From: Phoronis australis
Lineage: Eukaryota > Animalia > Phoronida
Reading direction: 5' to 3'
Length of the DNA stretch: 40,534 nucleotides
Assembly (NCBI GenBank): GCA_002633005.1
Contig: NMRA01001202.1
Location: 1-40,534 of the forward strand
Below the pieces are notes generated by a model that was not told the origin of the DNA, made no database searches, and saw only the letters and a list, made by a program, of their open reading frames with translations. Positions within the stretch are counted from its first letter, which is position 1; each line of letters starts with the position of its first letter. This document shows, one piece after another, positions 23,591 through 36,302 of this stretch. A program made the translations under genes and the position numbers.

Positions 23591-23699
23591 TCTAGATGTC
23601 CAAGAATTCCTATGAATCAGCCAGCTAGTTGTAGGAAATACACTCCTACAAACAGGTGGTGTTATGCAACAATATGCCCTACGACACAGTTAGTTTTAT

Positions 23700-24884
23700 G
23701 AAATTCACTTCAACACAATGATGGCATTTATGGAAAGATGCCCTTCCAAATGGTAATTTTTATGAAACTCACTTCAGACCTACAAACGGTTGATGCTTCC
23801 AGAAACAATTCCCTTCAAAAGGGTGAAACTTTCATGGAACGAGAGTGCATACCATTGCTCCGTCATCCACTTGGAATGTGACATGTTGCCCTTCTTTCCA
23901 GCATCTCACAGTAGAGTGGTTTATCAGTTGGGTTATCTGTACTAACAGCATTGATCAGTTCACCGTGTAAGCTATCACTTGTATCATGAACACTGTAGAC
24001 ACACCCCTTTTAGGGAGACTGGGGTCAGACTGGGTGTTTTTGCAAAATATTTTTTCTGATGACAAGTATTACATAATTTGCTGTATGCAGGGCACAGTTG
24101 AGTATTTGTGCAGAATTTGTACTGTTTTAGATGCGAGTTGACATCATTGAGGCCGTTTGTCGTTCTTTTGCGACACTTAATTCACCTCTGTCAGCGTTTC
24201 CTGAAATCTGGCGTAATTGAGTGTGCGTAGTTTCAATACAATTTGCAAATGTCAACACAGAGTTCAAGTCTTAGATTTGGTTCCAGTGTAATAGGCGTTT
24301 TCTGGTTTTTGAGGTGAGCACGCCTATGACTAATCGATCGCTCAGGAGAGTATCCTATAGACATTCACAGAAGTTGCAAGTTTTTGCAATTTTTTTCACT
24401 TCAGTGAGGTAAGTTTCAAATGATTCTCCCGATCGTTGATTTTGTGCATTAACATGATACTGCTCAAAAGTTTCATTAGTCTTTCTGGGAAAGCAGTCAT
24501 CAAGCATTCTTAAAGTGTCATGTTCGTGTCTTTGGGGTCACAGATGTTGTAATTCGAGTGCTTCAGTGCCCATCACCAAGATTAAAAATGCACATTTTTA
24601 CGCCTCCGTACGAGAGTCAATGAATTCAGTCAGAGTGACGGAGCACGAACTAGGTCAAATCTGAACCACTTATTCTATTCTGAGTTTCAGCGCAATCTTC
24701 ACTGAAAGATTGAATCACAACGGTCCTGGGTCGATCCTTTCCGCTACCGGCAACATGCAACAATCAGCTGTACAACTGTGTTGTTGAGAAAAACATGGCT
24801 TTTCAGGGAGTCATTCAAATAAACGTTTATTAACTACTAAAGATGGGACAAATGTGCATGCGCAAGGGAACAGCTGTTCTAACA
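23700..24884 (-). mobile_element. Truncated, decayed Ty3/Gypsy LTR retrotransposon (putative 5' LTR, gag, protease)
   Basis: Gag motifs TNETFEQY...NQRSGESFETYLTEVKKIAKTCNFCECL*DTLLSDRLVIGV...TRKRLL, zinc-knuckle remnant CPAYSKLCNTCHQKKYFAK, protease-like VTFQVDDGA (about 23857-23883). A TGTT...AATAAA...CAACA segment at 24884 to about 24777 is the candidate LTR. No RT or integrase seen. Confidence 0.85.
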
Positions 24885-26406
24885 GTACCATCAAGAATAT
24901 TAGCGCTGGCAAAAAGCTAATGACATCTAATTTGGTCACCCTGTGTTCTTTGTAGTGTCTTATGAAATTTAGTAACAGTTATATACACTACAAACCGTGT
25001 AGTATTGCACTGTTTGTAAATCCTTCTAGTATATCAAGATACATGGTTGTTCTTCATTCCATAACCAGTGTTTGTAGTTTTTAGCTTATAACTTCATCGA
25101 TTTTTAAAAATCAAAAACCATAAAATTGATATTTTCAGCTGAATACAGCCAAAAATTATCGGTTAATGCTTTTTGAAAACTGTCCAGTATGTACAGGCAG
25201 AGACGTTTACTATGTACACTTTATGGCCGGGTAACACTTAATTGGGTCGACTAACGCTCGCACCGGACAAAGCGGTGACACAACTGTGTCCAATTCTTGT
25301 GCCACGCTCTCTTTGATGCTCCAAACAAGACTGAAGAAGCTGAGCAGTGAAAATTCCTGCATATAATTAGAAGTGCACATTTTCCTTGCAAGCGGTGGCA
25401 TGAAAGTTGCCAACAGTTGCCAACATGAGCAACTAAACAAAGGGCATGTTCGAAAAAAGGTTGATTGAAGGAGTATTTGTTTGACTTGGGAGGAGTTGAA
25501 GACATGAACAGCCTCCACAGGCCGGGTGTCCCTCTATGTGCAAAAGATACTTATATTGTAGAGCAATGACTTTGATAGTTTAATCAGTGAGAGGCATTTA
25601 ACAGAAACAGCTTCTGGTATATGGAGTTCCTATAGGAAGGCCACATGCAGTCTCTAACTCGGTGCCAGATTGAGACGTACTGTCTACACTATTTTGTCTT
25701 ACTAACTAATCAATTCCTTCACACTATAGTTTCAGGCCAGCAAACTGACTGCATGGCTATATGTAATTTGCAAAAACAATTCATGACCAGTGACCGTGCT
25801 CTCACCTCAGTGACCACTGTCTCTAAGAGACGGTGTAGCTCCTATAGGAACTTCATACACCGGAAGCTTTTCGGCGAGTTATGCCTGATGCTGACAAAAT
25901 ATGAAAGTCCCATTGTTGATAAGTACCTTTTGCACATAGAGGGACATCATAAGAGCTAGGCCATGGATGTAAATTCAATTCCTTCACTCAAAGAAATTAA
26001 CTCCTGTTATCAAACTTTTCTTTGAGCAGTCCCTTGTTCAGTTTCCAAAATCGGTAACTCGCCATTTTTCATATGACGTCATACCACCTACCGTGCTCAG
26101 TGTTAAAAATGACGAGTTGTCAATTTTGGGAACTAACGATCGGGATTGCTCAAAGAAAAACCTCTGCGAAATGTACCTCGGTTATAACCATAGTTAATCA
26201 TCATCATGGTAACATTTCTCAGGGGAAGTTTGAGTTGGAAGGAATTAAATACATTGGCGGCATCCTAAAGGTGTCCTTTGCGCAAAAGGTATTTATAACA
26301 ACGTGACTTAGATGCTTCCGACGTATGAAGCGTCTATAGGAGCTCCACCATCTCTACTGCAGAGAGGCAGTAGAGATGGTGCTCACAGTCTATGCTGTCC
26401 GTCACT

Positions 26407-26828
26407 GTGAACTTGGAATCCTGCTTAATCTCAAGATTGAGCGGAAGTGAGTTTTGCGTGAACTTGGAATTGAATATAAGACAGAAAGGTGAAATTTTTG
26501 TTAGGTGAAAAGAATTTTTGTATTTATTGAATTCGCAATCAACCAGTTTCTCCTTTACTGTATCTTGTGTCTCTGAACCAGAGGAATATGTGAATGGCTA
26601 AATCGATTGGGTTTGGCCGGTGAAACTGATTGCCCATAAGTTCAAAAGATTGGTTACAATTGACAATATTATATTCAAATGTAACTTGATTTAGTGCATT
26701 GCAAATTAAAAATTTATAAACACGAACATAATTATTTGAGTGAACTTGTCAAGTTGTCTCAGGTATTCCAAGTTCACGCAACACTCACCTCTGCTTAATC
26801 TTGAGATTAAGCAGGATTCCAAGTTCAT
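26407..26828. mobile_element. Same MITE in copy B
   Basis: Colinear with 975-1397, both TIRs present. Confidence 0.85.
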
Positions 26829-26857
26829 GCACCTACAGCATTCTCTTGACTCAAGAG

Positions 26858-26976
26858 AGTTAAACACGTAACCTTGCGTAACCAGGGTTACCCTTAGAGT
26901 TTAGCTGACTCAATCAAGACTTGAGTCAGCTAAACTCTAAGGGTAACCCTGGTTACGCAAGGTTTCGTGTTTAACT
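26858..26976. repeat. Near-perfect 119-bp hairpin
   Basis: 56-bp arms (26858-26913 and 26921-26976), one mismatch, 7-nt loop. Confidence 0.92.
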
Positions 26977-27128
26977 GAGACAGCTAGCATATTGGAAGTT
27001 CCGAGAAGTCTTGACACCGAAGATAGAAATACAAAGCCATATTTTATCTGCTAACTAAAACCGACCTATGTGAGTATTATGAGAGAAAAAGTCCATGCAG
27101 TTCCAGGACTTGCTTGTCACTTTTACCA

Positions 27129-27234
27129 CAGGCGTCCTCAGCTTCTGATCGTCCCCAATACACTACATATAATAGTTAATACTAGTAGTATTATATGTAG
27201 TGTATTGGGGACGATCAGAAGCTGAGGACGCCTG
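27129..27234. repeat. Perfect 106-bp hairpin
   Basis: 46-bp arms (27129-27174 and 27189-27234), 14-nt loop. Single arms occur at about 16493-16529 and 35381-35416. Confidence 0.92.
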
Positions 27235-27964
27235 GGGGCTAGACACGGACCATTCATAACCAGAAACAAACAACTACGTACTTAGGCGTGCACAAACACT
27301 CAATCCTAAATTCGTATTCCACACAACGACATAAAGAGGATTGGCACATACCAACTCAATAAAATTCACAGATACAGATTACGGTTTTGGCCGTTCACCG
27401 GTTCACGCATCGTTTGTTGCCATTGACTTTCCTTGGAGCTGAAACTCTCTAGTTCTCTGTATGTCCGCTAGGAGGAAGAGATCACGTGCTCTCTATTTCC
27501 TAGCGGACACGTAGGGAACTAGAAAGGGGGTCATCGTAAACCACGTGACTTCAACTCTTCTATATTTATCTCATTGATTGGATCTTCGCTTACTCTGTTA
27601 GTGTGATTAGGAACTTACTTGACTACTTTTTCAGCATCCGGGAATCAAGCTTGGTCACTAAACAGATAAGGCTGCAGCCGCGGCCAAATTGCTAGAAGTA
27701 GGCTAGGCTTGGGGGCAGTTTTGAGACAGGTTTTGCACGTAGGCTCAGTGAATCCGGTTTATTTGTACTTGTGAACATGTTATTGTTGGGAATAAGACGA
27801 GCCCGTAGATGCACTCTTCAAGATGGTGGCCCCCTGTCATTGACATTGACATTGCAGCTGTGCATTGCTGATTAGCGAATGAGAAGTCCAGTGGCGGATT
27901 TAAGGGGGGGGGCAAGGGGGCCATGGTCCTCTTTAAAATTATCCCAGATTCAATTTGGCAGTTC

Positions 27965-28390
27965 NNNNNNNNNNNNNNNNNNNNNNNNNNNNNNNNNNNN
28001 NNNNNNNNNNNNNNNNNNNNNNNNNNNNNNNNNNNNNNNNNNNNNNNNNNNNNNNNNNNNNNNNNNNNNNNNNNNNNNNNNNNNNNNNNNNNNNNNNNNN
28101 NNNNNNNNNNNNNNNNNNNNNNNNNNNNNNNNNNNNNNNNNNNNNNNNNNNNNNNNNNNNNNNNNNNNNNNNNNNNNNNNNNNNNNNNNNNNNNNNNNNN
28201 NNNNNNNNNNNNNNNNNNNNNNNNNNNNNNNNNNNNNNNNNNNNNNNNNNNNNNNNNNNNNNNNNNNNNNNNNNNNNNNNNNNNNNNNNNNNNNNNNNNN
28301 NNNNNNNNNNNNNNNNNNNNNNNNNNNNNNNNNNNNNNNNNNNNNNNNNNNNNNNNNNNNNNNNNNNNNNNNNNNNNNNNNNNNNNNNNN
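27965..28390. other. Assembly gap (426 N)
   Basis: Run of N; the flanks correspond to about 9645 and about 10414/10886 in copy A. Confidence 0.99.
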
Positions 28391-29071
28391 TGGCCCAAGA
28401 ACGAGTTTGTGGCCTATTTTTAAATTACGTTGCACATTAGCTCGCCAGAGGACGTGGGTCTAAAAAGTTTTTGAGAAGGTGAAGACCTTTTGCATGCGGA
28501 ACATTTTCTCTTGAGCAGTAGTTGCATAAAATGCTGACAAAATAAGAATTTAGGAAACTAGCGCTTTTGAGATTTCATCTGGAACATATACAAGGCCATC
28601 AAACGAAATATGATTATTGTTATTGATACCGTTGTTTTGCTATTGATGTATACCTTCTTTTTTTCCTTAATCTTACTATAGACATGGTCGTGTGATCCAC
28701 ATAATATCAGATTGGTACATGAAAAGAATCCTACTTTGACACCCTCACCAGTCGAGATTGGGCAACTTGGCCAATTTGCATACCATAGAATCTGGTACAC
28801 TTTAGTCTGTTACTAGCATGGTTTGTACTGTAAAGTCATCATAAAACAATTTTTGGTAATTTTCCCTTTATTTTCAGTAAAGTAATCAGCTGTTGAAAAT
28901 GAAAGAATTGCAATTATTCTTGTGGAAAATACATTTGGGAATTACCATATTTACAAAATTATAGCTCCATGAATGCATTTCTCTATGCACACTCTACTAC
29001 TTTTAAGAGTTTCACTTTTTATTGGTCGTGCAGTTTTTAATGACATAATAATCCTATATTTCTACTTCCAG

Positions 29072-29524
29072 CTGTTGATATCGGTGAGGGGAATTGATAT
29101 GAGTCTACATAAGGGCAAGAGGTCACTGCTGATGTGAGTGATGAAGGCATACTGATGTCACCATTTTTAAGGGACACGTGGATAGCCCAAATGAAACTTA
29201 TGGTCTTGGATGTCATGCTGTACATAATGACGGCAGTGCAAGGGATCTGAGTAGAGAGGAGAGCCATATCAAGCCAGAGGTATTCCAAGAGCTGACTGAT
29301 GCTATTAGAGTCTCCTGGACACAGGTTCATGGAGTGTGCTGGTGAATATGTAACAGGTTCTCATCAGGTAGCATTGTTGTGGCGTGTTGTAACTGATTAA
29401 TCACTTAGTTGCAGAAAAAAAGATGTTCTCTTGTTGTGCATTTGACAGAACTGACTGTTGAGAGACCATACCAGTGCTTGCGGATTGTCTTTTAAATGTA
29501 TGTGGTCTTTTTGAACCTACAAGA
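29072..29524 (+). pseudogene. Decayed N-terminal linker-coding part of the zinc-finger exon (copy B; equivalents at about 11567-11831 and 11939-12477)
   Basis: Follows the acceptor-like ttctacttccag. Translates as VDIGEGN*YEST*GQEVTADVSDEG / TDVTIFKGHVDSPNETYG...EESHIKPEVFQE, an acidic linker with an IKxE motif, stops and frameshifts. Confidence 0.5.
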
Positions 29525-30799
29525 ATGCGCTCTGGTACGATACGATTCATGTGCAGTGCTTGTGGGTTGTCTTTTAAACTAAGCAACCGTCTTGTTCATC
29601 GTAAAAGCTTGTGCCGTGGTGAGATGACGTACAAATGTACCAGGTGTGGAGAGTCTTTGAAACTGAATTGTGATCTTGATAATAACATAGGAATACACAT
29701 TGATGAGAGACCATACCTGCCTAGCACGAGTGGAAAGTTCAGTAATACCTGTGTTGTACGCACACAACCACACAAAAGTGTGAGATCTTACAAATGTGCT
29801 GTGTGTGGAAAGTCGCTTTCTGGGAACAGTGCTCTTGTTGAGCACACTAGAACACATACTGGGGAGAGGCCGCACAAGTGTACTGTGTGCAGAAAGTCAT
29901 TTTCAAGGCGTTCTGCTCTGGTTATACACACAAGATTACACACTGGTGAGAGACCATACATGTGTGCTGTGTGCGGAAAGTCATTTCCAGGAAATACTGA
30001 TCTTGCCAAGCACACAAGAACACATACTGGTGAGAGAGCCTACAAGTGTACTGTTTGTGGAAAATCATTTTCGAGGAATCATAACCTCATTGTACATATG
30101 AGAACACACACGGGTGAGAGACCATACAAGTGTGACGTGTGTGGAAAGTCGTTTCCAAAGAGCTGCCACCTCAGTGTTCACATGAGAACGCACACTGGTG
30201 AGAGACCATACAAGTGTATTGTTTGTGGAAAGTCGTTTTCTATGAATTCTTCTCTTATTGTACACACAAGACTGCACACTGGTGAGAGGCCGTACAAGTG
30301 TTCTGTGTGTAGCGAGTCATTTTCACAGAAAGGTCATCTTGTTATCCATGGAAGATCCCACACTGGTGAGAGTCCCTACAAGTGTTCTGTGTGTGGCAAG
30401 TCATTTACAGCGAAAAATAATTTGACTTTGCACATGAGAACACACACTGGTGAGAGACCATATAATTGTTCTGTGTGTGGGAGGTCGTTTTCACAGAGAG
30501 GCACTCTTGTTGAGCACACAAGAATACACACTGGAGAAAGGCCTTACCAGTGTAATGTGTGTGGAAAGTCATTTTCATCGAAAAATAACCTCACAGCACA
30601 CACAAGAATACACACTGGTGACAAACGATACAAGTGTAATGTGTGTGGAAAATCGTTTTTACAGAATAGTTACCTGGTCAGGCACACAAAAACACACACT
30701 GGTGAGCGACCTTTTGGGTGTACTGTGTGTGGAAAATCCTTTAAAAGAAATTATGTTCTCATTGCACACACTAAAAAACACACTAGTGAGAGGCTGTAG
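29525..30799 (+). CDS. Tandem C2H2 (Kruppel-type) zinc-finger protein, copy B: 12 canonical fingers plus 3 degenerate N-terminal fingers, no recognisable effector domain
   Basis: Open frame with 12 C-x2-C-x12-H-x3-H units joined by TGERP-type linkers. The ORF-track start at 29474 is GTG; the first in-frame ATG is 29525 (others at 29549 and 29624). The true start is uncertain. Confidence 0.9.
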   Translation: MRSGTIRFMCSACGLSFKLSNRLVHRKSLCRGEMTYKCTRCGESLKLNCDLDNNIGIHIDERPYLPSTSGKFSNTCVVRTQPHKSVRSYKCAVCGKSLSGNSALVEHTRTHTGERPHKCTVCRKSFSRRSALVIHTRLHTGERPYMCAVCGKSFPGNTDLAKHTRTHTGERAYKCTVCGKSFSRNHNLIVHMRTHTGERPYKCDVCGKSFPKSCHLSVHMRTHTGERPYKCIVCGKSFSMNSSLIVHTRLHTGERPYKCSVCSESFSQKGHLVIHGRSHTGESPYKCSVCGKSFTAKNNLTLHMRTHTGERPYNCSVCGRSFSQRGTLVEHTRIHTGERPYQCNVCGKSFSSKNNLTAHTRIHTGDKRYKCNVCGKSFLQNSYLVRHTKTHTGERPFGCTVCGKSFKRNYVLIAHTKKHTSERL

Positions 30800-31280
30800 A
30801 ATTTGCAATGTATGTGAGAGAATAATGGCTGATAACATGAGAACAAGCATAGGCAAGAGACCATACTAGAGTGACGTGTGGCGAATCATTTCCAAAGAGT
30901 TACCACCTCTGAATTCATGCAAGAAAAAACACAAGTGAAAGACCATACAGGTGTTTTACTTATGGAAAACAGTCTTCAAGTTCTTCTCTTGTGCACAGGG
31001 TTTAGGCTGGTGAGAGGCCATACAACTGTTCTCTGTGTGTGGGAGGTTGTTTTGACTGGAAGATAGTCTTGTTGTTCGTATAAGAAAGCCTACTGCTGAG
31101 AATCCCTACCGGTGTAGTGTATGTGTGTGGGAAGTCATTTTTACAGAGTGGTGATCTTCCTAAGCGCACACAAACACACACTGTTGAGAAACCCTTCAAA
31201 TATATTGTGCGAAAAATTGGTTTCAGATAATAGTATTCTGGCTAAGCATGCAAATAATACACTTTGATAAAAGACCATCC
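30800..31280 (+). pseudogene. Decayed C2H2 fingers downstream of the copy B stop (probable 3' UTR)
   Basis: Broken remnants such as ICNVCER..., GKRPY, GESFPKSYHL*IH, SERPYRC, AGERPYNC and VCGKSFLQS, with stops and frameshifts. Confidence 0.75.
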
Positions 31281-33591
31281 ATTCTCATGTTTAGTATTAC
31301 AGTAATGTTGTAATCCTTTGCATTGATAAATGACTGCCTTTTTCGATTAAAGCCTCTATGAAACGCTTCATTTTATAGATAAGGATTCTTACAAAAGTGG
31401 CCAAGGAGGTTTCAGTATGTACTTATGTATGTTTGTTGTTTTAATTTAAAGTGGGTATTGGATTTTAGTGAGGTACTTTCAGAAACTAATTGGCACCTAG
31501 TGGTGGTGCTACAAAGTACAGGTCATCCACCAGTCATGACTTGTGAATGGAGATCAGCTTAATCTGTGCTCTAAAAAATGGAGGAGAAACTTTGGGTTTT
31601 CTAGTCCAAACTGTTGATGAATGCCTTTGGCACCAACTTATCAACTTATAACTTCAGGTCTTCAAATTTAGTGCAACTCATATTGTTTTTTCACAATAAT
31701 TATTGGTCTACTTATGCACTAACTCGATTAATGAGAACCCTGGCCAGAAACTAGTATTAGCAAAAGATCTGGATGTTTAACACGAATCCTGAAAACAAAT
31801 GCCATCTGCTCAGTGGTCAGCAAATGATACATGATGATAGACCACTGGGAGGCTTACCTCTGAACCGAAGTCATAGCTTCTGTCATCAGACCAGGGTTTG
31901 ATTGCAGCTAAGGCTAAATGTCAGAAACAAAACAGTGGCTAGAATCATTAATACATTTCCACTCTGGCCGAACTGCTTGATGCATTGTTTGGGTCATTGT
32001 AGCCTAAATACTAGTGGTTTTATCTTTTTTACATTTTAACGTGATATGGTCAAGTAATAAGATGATTTTACTAGGTATTATTTGTTTGCTTCATCAATAA
32101 GAAACCGTAGCTTTGTAAATATTGTAATCATAGTTTATTATTGTTATATTTGAGTTTGTAAGCTGCAACTATTTCATTGTTATGTATGTCTCAGAACCAT
32201 TTCAAGTTGATATTACTCTACTCTGTTAAGCAATATCTGGTTATTATCCCTCTAAGCATCACTACAATGACTTTCCAGAAGTGCAACCCCTCTATTTGGT
32301 GGCAGCCTTAAAGTTTTGGACAAAATTTTGTTGTTTTGACTTTTCTCTCTATATTAGAACACTCTAACATCTTTTGCCACCATAAGAATTTATCCACCTG
32401 GCGTTTTTAGTTATTTTTCTTTAGAAAGCAGGTCCAGTGAAGATGACTCCCAGCCCGTTCTTTAAGTACAAACGGTAACTATGGTTACTTGCACCCTGTG
32501 AACTTTATTCACTGACAACAGCCAAACCAAAACCCGATGCTAAAGAAGCTAAACAACGCTGCATTATGGTAACTTTCAGTATGCAGAACAGAAATGGAAA
32601 ATTTCAACTTTTCTTCAATATCCATTTCCATTATTCAAAGCGAAAACCAGGGCTTGAAATTTTCCTCTTTTAAATAAAAGGAATTCCTCATGTTTGGTTT
32701 CGATTTCTTCTCATTTGATTTCCAGTTTTCACTCTTTTGTTTCTTTTTTATATTATTTTGACTCCATTCATGCAAAAATATTTATCACACAAACCTATTT
32801 ATTTGTGGAACCATACATTTCCTGCAAAGTTTTCCTCTTTTTTGTCATTTGGTCATATCAAGCCCTGGAAAATAGAAAATCCAATTTTGTTCAATATCAC
32901 ATTTCCAATAAACAAAATAAAAATAAAAAATTCAACTTTCCTCTAATATAATTATATGAAACGAAACGGAAAATCCATCTTTTGTTTATTGATTATCTCA
33001 GTTCCTGGAATGCAAATCGAAAATTGTAAATACAATGTTCTTCAACCCTCGAACATGGTTCCAAGTACTAGTTCAATCAAACTCTTATAATCTGCGACCT
33101 TGCAACATGCAAGCTGCAGGTCACACATGGCGCTGTCGAGAACCTAGGACCACTAGCACTGATTTTTATTTCACTTGGCGAATAGCGTTTATGGACAGTC
33201 AATGTGACGTTATGGATTCTAGTTTGATTGACGGCACGTTGTAAACGATTTGATTCTAGATGAATATGGCAGACGGATCATCATGATAGGGCGGGGCAAG
33301 TGCCACAGCACAACTGACAGTGTCAACGAAACTGAAACTTGGACCGACTACAGCTATATGTAGTGTACACGTTCGACAGTGAGAGAATTAGATATCAGTA
33401 TTACATGGAACCACGTTCGAGATTCGCAGTTCCATATTTTACGAGGCCGGAATCATGAAAATTACTGTGTTCAAAAACAGGTCCAGGTTATAAAATTAAA
33501 TTCACTGGAACATTGGGCATAGCACATTTTGGGTTACGCTGAAAAGGATGAGTACTGCCGAAATTTAGGTATGGGCGATTGGGTATTGTTA

Positions 33592-33904
33592 CAGTGGCTG
33601 ATCTACGATACCATAAGGGGGAGGGCAGCATGTTGCCTCGGGGAATTGCGCTTAGCGTGACTTTATGTAAACTGGCGGGAGGGGGGCGGGGATGTGGACC
33701 TCCTCTTAAAAAAACAGAAAATTTCGGTGGTCTAAAAAAACTGGCAACGATTCCGCTGTGATCTGGGGTCTGAACCCCCCCCCCTCCCCTCCCTCATCCG
33801 CTACCGGTCCTAGTTACTGAACGTAATATTTCCTCACGATTTACGCTGTTGCTGTTTCGTTTTGGTTGCGGCAGGCAACTGAATGGGGGGGGGGGGCGCC
33901 TATG
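33592..33904. mobile_element. Same MITE family, TSD TGTTA/TGTTC (copy A equivalent 14725-15024 is 5'-clipped)
   Basis: CAGTGGCTGAT...GGCGCCTATG with near-matching 5-bp flanks. Confidence 0.7.
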
Positions 33905-36156
33905 TGTTCTACAGATGGGCATTTCAACGTTGATTTATATTGGATACTTGCAAAAAATGTGAGTATACCTCAGCTGCACGACTATTGTATTGTTTTCACG
34001 ATGAACTTTTCTGTCCGATCCGACGTTTGTTGCAGAGTCACTAACGTTTATAACACTCCATCAGCTTATTTATTTTATCAACTTATACAAACTTTTTACT
34101 TATATAACGACGTGATGCCTTTCGCTGATCTACCGAGGACAACACGCCAATGAGCAGCTCAAAACTAGTGAACAACACAGCCGCGGCCAATTTAACTTCA
34201 AGAAGTTGAATTTCCCCGAAAATTGTTAAAAAAGGTAACCTTTACTATTTGAGGCCAAATAGTTTTCCCAATTGTTTTTTAGATTACACAATTTTTCTTA
34301 AGTTGATCGAAGCACTTTTCCCCGAATCTGGGGTAATTCTCGGACCCTGGCCGGAGTTCGCCGCCAAACCTTATAGTGAGCCGCATGTGTTTTGCCTCTG
34401 ATCAGAGCGGGTTGGTATGATACAGCAGAGACATCCCGTGGCCGGGTGCATCAGATGAAGCAGTCTCCGGCCACTGAAATATAGGGTCTCAACAATGTTC
34501 CTTACCTTTGCACTGTTTGTGGGCTTGTCAACTATTACACTGATTGAGGCATGAAACGCGAAAAGCCATCCGTCAAAAATATCTTAAACAATTCCTGACA
34601 AAAGTACCATCTCGTAACGTACGTCTAGTACATAGTAATTCACTTTCCACTGTGAGGAAATTTCCACAAAAAATCACTTGACAATTTTTGAAATATGCGC
34701 GAAAGAAAAACTGGCCTGCATGCCAAACTCATGCAGTGATGCGGCATTGCACCCGCCCTCCTGTCTGAACTGCGTACCAGCCCACTTCAGTAAAACCTTG
34801 CCAGTTGGAAGACACTGCCAAATTTGTTATTAGCATAAACATTAGCTAGTAACCTGGGAGTAATTGATATTGGTCCTAGCTAGTAACCAATGTACTCCAG
34901 TAAACCGGTAAAAATCCATTCATAATCATTTTTATTATCAATATGGCCTTCAAAAAGATAGTGTATGAGAAGCATAAGCGCTGCCTCATTAATTGTAGTT
35001 ACGTAACATCTGTTTTCTGTTCATCCCGGCGCAAATGCAAAAGACGTGTTTTTTCATCAAAACACTACAAAAGTAGCAGAGACTGTTTTCAAGTTTTGCG
35101 GCGGGCTGTTTTCATCATAGACTAATGTACAACAGCGCGACTTCTGAGGCAAATATTTTCCTCATGACGCGATGAATGTAAGAGGGCTAATTTTTTTGCG
35201 AACTCGCCGGCTGGAGCAGGTCACTGTAAATGGTATTGGCAGAAAGAACAATTCCTCGTGGTTTGTTGAACCCCTGTTTTATGTAAATTTATAGTGTTTC
35301 GTGTTTGCTATGGACGGCTGAAGTGAAGCACCCGTGGAATTTCTAGTCCGCAGTGTCATAGCTTGTAATTATATATAAATAGTGTGTAGGGGACGATCAG
35401 AAGCTGAGGACGCTTGTGCTGGCTGCTACCGACCACCTAGCGGCACGCACGGAACCAGCGAGCCCATAACCACTGAAGCCTTGTTGTACTTCAACTTGGA
35501 ATCCTGCTTAATCTCAAGAATAAGTGGAAGTGAGTGTTACGTGAACTTGGAATTCCAAGATCAAGCAAGTTTAAGCAAGCCACGCCCTTGCTTATTAGCT
35601 TTACAAAGTCACTTGGTGAACCAAACATTTTCTGGCTGGTTAAAATATGTTGTAAGCACTGGCAACTTTTTTCTTACCTTGAGACTTTATTGAACACGTT
35701 AACAATTATTTTCTTCCGAATTCCACGTTTAAGCAGGCCAATCTATTTTCCCTTTACAAACCCTATGTTGTGAAGTAAGCATTCCCTGAAAGATTACAAG
35801 ACATTATGAACAAATTTTTTTATCCCTGTAAATTATCGGCGATTAATTTTTACCCAATGCCAAGTTTAAAAGATGACTGTAGCAAAAATAATGCAGCAGT
35901 AAACCGGTTCTAACATACACAAAAAACTCACATTTGCACGAGTTGCGATCCAAACAAAACGGATTCACAATTTATTGTAAAAACACTAATGCTGACAGCA
36001 GTCTCTGATTGGCTGATATGTCAGTGGTTGGGCATCGACTGCTTATCACATATTTCTGCTCCATATTGGGGCATTGAGTGGATAGAGTTTACATTGCGTT
36101 TTATGTATCACCGATTCTTATTATTTACTGTTTGCCAGTGTAGCAAAAAATTCTCC

Positions 36157-36302
36157 ATGCCTTTTTGTATGACACCTAGTTGTTCAAACTCTGAGAAAAA
36201 GGTGTCGTCCAAGAGGGCAGACATAGGACACCATCCGTTGCCCTTGCCTTGGTACAAAGCTGTATGCTAAATTAATTCAAAACACAATACTGTTCCCTTT
36301 AA
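36157..36302 (+). pseudogene. Possible THAP-domain remnant
   Basis: MPFCMTPSCSNSEKKVSSKRADIGHHPLPLPWYKAVC*, then YCSL* in a shifted frame. Fits the THAP pattern M-P-x-C-x4-C-x-N...H-x-x-P...W...CSxH. Confidence 0.45.

Larger units (their letters stand above)
25423..35580 (+). repeat. Segmental duplication, copy B
   Basis: Same order of MITEs, hairpins, zinc-finger gene and downstream sequence as copy A. It lacks the 1991-9317 insertion and has about 1.4 kb (32188-33593) that is missing from A. Confidence 0.92.

Noticed and set aside
27745-28463. Long ORFs spanning 27.7-28.5 kb
   Set aside because: Artefacts of the N gap.
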